Assembly (NCBI GenBank): GCA_001770205.1
Contig: MEQL01000061.1
Span: 1 to 64,000 of the forward strand
Length of the DNA stretch: 64,000 bases
Direction of reading: 5' to 3'
DNA from: Bdellovibrionales bacterium RIFOXYD12_FULL_39_22
GTDB taxonomy: Bacteria; Bdellovibrionota; Bacteriovoracia; Bacteriovoracales; Bacteriovoracaceae
Below the pieces are notes generated by a model. The model saw only the letters and a list, made by a program, of their open reading frames with translations. It ran no database searches and had not been told where the DNA came from. The stretch's first letter is position 1, and each line of letters starts with the position of its first letter. Below, piece after piece: positions 60,872-64,000 of the stretch. Both the position numbers and the translations under genes were made by a program.

Positions 60872-61704
60872 AGCGTCATGTAGTAATCTTTTAACATTTT
60901 GGCGTCTACTTCTAGATTGGGACTATTAGATATAACATAGCCGCGACAGTTTTTATCTTTAAGTGCACGCATTAGGTCTCGCCAATTAAAATCAGAATCT
61001 TCGAGATTCAAATGTTTTAGATCACCTTTAGAATTAGAGCTAATTCCTGAAATGTGAATATGCATATTTCTGAGTGCCTCATCACCTAATTTGCTGCGAA
61101 GAGAATCCAGAACCTCACAAAATTCTTCATAGGTGTTGTATTTTTCAGTGCGTGCATAAAGATGTGAAAAATCCATGCAAGGCTTGCAGGAGTTTACATT
61201 CTTTGTCAGAGTCACAAGTTCATCAAGGGATCCAAATTGACTGGTCTTGCCGGTCAACTCCGGACGCAATTCAATTTCAATATCCAACTTGCTTAATCGC
61301 TCTTCGATAACATTAAGACTTTTTTCCACCAAATCAAATACATCATAAGGAGAGTCTTTCATATAAAATGCCGCATGAAAGGTCATCGACTCTGCCCCGC
61401 ACAAATCAGATATTTTAGCGGTCTGAATTATTCGCTCCACGGATGAGTCAATTTTGTCTTGTTCGCGAGCGTTTAAATTAATGTAGTAAGGGCCATGAGA
61501 CGTTAGCGGAATTCCTAGCTCATAGGAAACCTTACGTAGGCCAGAAGAAACTTCATCCTTCATGCGTACGCCGTGAGCAAATTCAAGCTGCATGCAGTCA
61601 AGTCCTAGCGCGTGAATCTGTTTTACGCCTTCAATCGGATTACTCTTTCTAACAGTACTGTTTGGGATGCCAGCTGTTCCAAATAATAAACGGTCAAATC
61701 GCAT
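60868..61704 (-). CDS. Endonuclease IV-like TIM-barrel (archaeal-type AP endonuclease family 2)
   Basis: FGTAGIP, SHGPYYINL, FHAAFY, PELTGK, DFSHLYAR, HIHISGI. Confidence 0.85.
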   Translation of the reverse strand: MRFDRLLFGTAGIPNSTVRKSNPIEGVKQIHALGLDCMQLEFAHGVRMKDEVSSGLRKVSYELGIPLTSHGPYYINLNAREQDKIDSSVERIIQTAKISDLCGAESMTFHAAFYMKDSPYDVFDLVEKSLNVIEERLSKLDIEIELRPELTGKTSQFGSLDELVTLTKNVNSCKPCMDFSHLYARTEKYNTYEEFCEVLDSLRSKLGDEALRNMHIHISGISSNSKGDLKHLNLEDSDFNWRDLMRALKDKNCRGYVISNSPNLEVDAKMLKDYYMTL

Positions 61705-61869
61705 AATTCACCCTCTCCTTAATATTTCAAATTTAGTGCAACCTAAAATACTTTCGATTTTGTCAAGCATAATGCCGAAACAAGCTCAATGTGTATAGCC
61801 GTAACGAGAAGTATTGTCTATAATTTAGAACCATTCGTGTAATAATGTTAGTTAAGTCGGAGCGTCAAA

Positions 61870-62685
61870 ATGTATTTAATTAATGGCATGTGGAGATATT
61901 TCTATCTGTTTACGGTATTGGCCATTGTGGTTTTGCATTTTATTTTTATTGATTTCCTTTTTTCCTTCTTCTACCCAACATATGGATTAATCGGACTATC
62001 TCTAGGCCTCCTGATTGTGCTGTTTTTTCTCGCTTTTTCAGACAAAATAATTTTGTGGACCACTGGCGCTGCCGCCATGCGTCGAGAGCTTGCTTTGGAG
62101 AGTACTCTGGCCAGCTTTCAGGCACAATTAAATATAATGCACATTGATTACTACAGAAGCAGCAAGCGCCAAAACAATATTTTTTTAGTCGCTTCCTTCT
62201 TTGGCCGCCCCTCAATAATCATTGGTGACACAATTGCCTCAATTCTTTCACCAGAAGAGTTTCGCCAAATTATATTTTCTGCAATTGCCCGACTTCGATA
62301 TGACGCAGTGGCAAAAAAAACTTTTGTAACCACACTGCTTTCGATAATTCTTTGGCCGTTTATCATTACATCGAAAGACCCTCTAGTCATAACTATAAAA
62401 AACATCTTAGTTTATTTTTTGATTCCCATTTTTTTTCTTAAGGGAAAAGTTTTTAACGATGTAGATATTGAGAAAATTATTTCCCGAAAAATCAAAATTG
62501 TTTTTGGCAGCGATCAGCTTTACAAAGCGGCCATTTATAAAGTTTCAGAGGTAGAAATTAAGCGCACAAATGTCGTTAACTTTCTTGATATCTTAACCAA
62601 CGAACTTTCATTAGTTCCCGTCCATACAGGTGATCATATTATTAATGCACTGCAATCGGCACATACAAATTTAAGTGGCCGATGA
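61870..62685 (+). CDS. Membrane protein with degenerate HtpX/M48-like fold
   Basis: TM helices, FSDKIIL, NNIF...PSIIIG...ILSPEEF; no HExxH. Confidence 0.5.
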   Translation: MYLINGMWRYFYLFTVLAIVVLHFIFIDFLFSFFYPTYGLIGLSLGLLIVLFFLAFSDKIILWTTGAAAMRRELALESTLASFQAQLNIMHIDYYRSSKRQNNIFLVASFFGRPSIIIGDTIASILSPEEFRQIIFSAIARLRYDAVAKKTFVTTLLSIILWPFIITSKDPLVITIKNILVYFLIPIFFLKGKVFNDVDIEKIISRKIKIVFGSDQLYKAAIYKVSEVEIKRTNVVNFLDILTNELSLVPVHTGDHIINALQSAHTNLSGR

Positions 62686-62728
62686 TTTTCGCAATAATTG
62701 TAATATTGAATTAACAGGAATTGTAAAA

Positions 62729-64000
62729 ATGGAATCAGAGGACTCAACAGGAAAAAATAAAACAGATTTTGCTGGGTATTATCCTCTTTTTTTTACGCTC
62801 ATTTTTGTTGTGCTCTCCTTTCAATACTCTTTTTCAACGCTAGAGTCGGTGCTATATGATTGGCGTATTGTCTACGACTGGGGCATTAATTTTCATAATG
62901 ATATCGTTTTAATTACTTTAGATGATGAAAGTGATGATTTTTTAGGAGAAAAATATCCCTATACTTATGCTTCGCATGAACGTTTTGTTGACCGCCTGGC
63001 CAAAGATCGGCCAAGCATCATTAGCTATTTAGTAAAATTAAACGAGCCAAAATCTGCGCAGGAAAATAGCGATATTGATAAATTTAAAGAGGCAGTGTAC
63101 GCATATAAAAATCATGGGGGAATTTTTCGTTTTGCTACTTTTTTGGAAGACAATAGTGAGATTCTTCCTCCACAAAAACTAAGAGACTTGGGATACTCTT
63201 CTGCCACCATTAATTCTGATAAAACTATTTTTTCCAAAGACGATGTTGCCAGAAGAATGGCACTTAATATCTCGGGCGAGAGTACTCTACACATTTGGAT
63301 TGCAAACACTTATCGCGCAATAAAGGGATTACCACAACTAAATGAGAATTTAATTAAGGGGGCTTATTACGATAAGGAGGCAGATGCGATTTATTCTCTT
63401 TTCCGCTATCACACATCCCCTCTAGAAAACAAGCACCGGATTAGTCGAATTCCTTTTCATCGGGTTGCCGTAGGAAATTTTCCTAAGGGCTTTTTTTCTA
63501 ATAAAATAGTTTTAATTGGTTCTTCTTATTTTTCTAGTCGTGCCGACTTTATGTTAACCCCCTTCAACACCGAAAACAAAGATGTCTCACAACTAACGAT
63601 TCATGCGGAAATGATTGAGTCTTTGATTTTGGAAAAAACAGTTCAACAGCTACCGCAGATGCTTACTAATTTTTTATCTCTGATAATTGCGGTGGTTTTA
63701 TCAATAATAATTTCTAAAGTTCGGCCAACAAGGGGACTTTTGATTACCGTTGGCGTCACTATCGGAATTTTTCTCACTTCTACCATTTTGTTTTCTGTCT
63801 TTGGCCTGTGGCTATATACAGTGCATATTCTTCTGACGGTGGTTATTGTCTATTATATTTTAATTCCCTTCCGGGCAATCAATGAATATCAGCGTCGTTT
63901 TGCAATTCAGGAAGAGACAAAACTTTTACGAAAAGTAGAAAATTTAAAACAAAATTTTATCTCACTTATGAGTCATGATCTAAAAACTCCAGTGGCAAAA
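62729..64000 (+). CDS. CHASE2-domain sensor histidine kinase, runs off the window
   Basis: Partly read by eye (not in ORF track): LESVLYDWR, IVLITLDD, KIVLIG, IHAEMIESL, TM helices, then H-box FISLMSHDLKTPVAK. Confidence 0.88.
   Translation, partial: MESEDSTGKNKTDFAGYYPLFFTLIFVVLSFQYSFSTLESVLYDWRIVYDWGINFHNDIVLITLDDESDDFLGEKYPYTYASHERFVDRLAKDRPSIISYLVKLNEPKSAQENSDIDKFKEAVYAYKNHGGIFRFATFLEDNSEILPPQKLRDLGYSSATINSDKTIFSKDDVARRMALNISGESTLHIWIANTYRAIKGLPQLNENLIKGAYYDKEADAIYSLFRYHTSPLENKHRISRIPFHRVAVGNFPKGFFSNKIVLIGSSYFSSRADFMLTPFNTENKDVSQLTIHAEMIESLILEKTVQQLPQMLTNFLSLIIAVVLSIIISKVRPTRGLLITVGVTIGIFLTSTILFSVFGLWLYTVHILLTVVIVYYILIPFRAINEYQRRFAIQEETKLLRKVENLKQNFISLMSHDLKTPVAK

Noticed and set aside
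1..64000. CRISPR arrays, tRNA/rRNA, reverse transcriptase, integron attC arrays
   Set aside because: None recognised by eye; intergenic gaps are short and lack regular repeats

Overview
AT-rich bacterial chromosome segment. Gene content (Bat/MoxR operon, ELWxxDGT and FGE-fold lipoproteins, many Cys-rich secreted orphans, zapA-rny, AmgK-MurU, sigma-54 activator) most resembles Bdellovibrionota/Bacteriovoracia; this is an inference, no database search was possible. Bases 1-9350 are an accessory island: the left part of an IS66 element, a HEPN-MNT and a RelBE-type toxin-antitoxin pair, a secreted GH3 hydrolase, a decayed Zn-finger plus multi-tyrosine-recombinase element broken by an IS5-family element, and a second MNT with only the tail of its HEPN toxin. 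The rest is mostly core genes (nadB/nadC, qNor, lnt, dus, rny, zapA, ftsY, epmA, aroE, ribF, bat operon, rqcH, mutS2, etfAB, amgK/murU, endonuclease IV-like, CHASE2 kinase) mixed with secreted or surface proteins. Most notable: rqcH and mutS2 sit head-to-head with start codons overlapping on one CATG; sigma-54-type promoters precede several secreted proteins; a stand-alone H-box protein follows the sigma-54 activator; several enzymes carry substituted catalytic residues. No rRNA, tRNA, CRISPR array or reverse transcriptase was seen.
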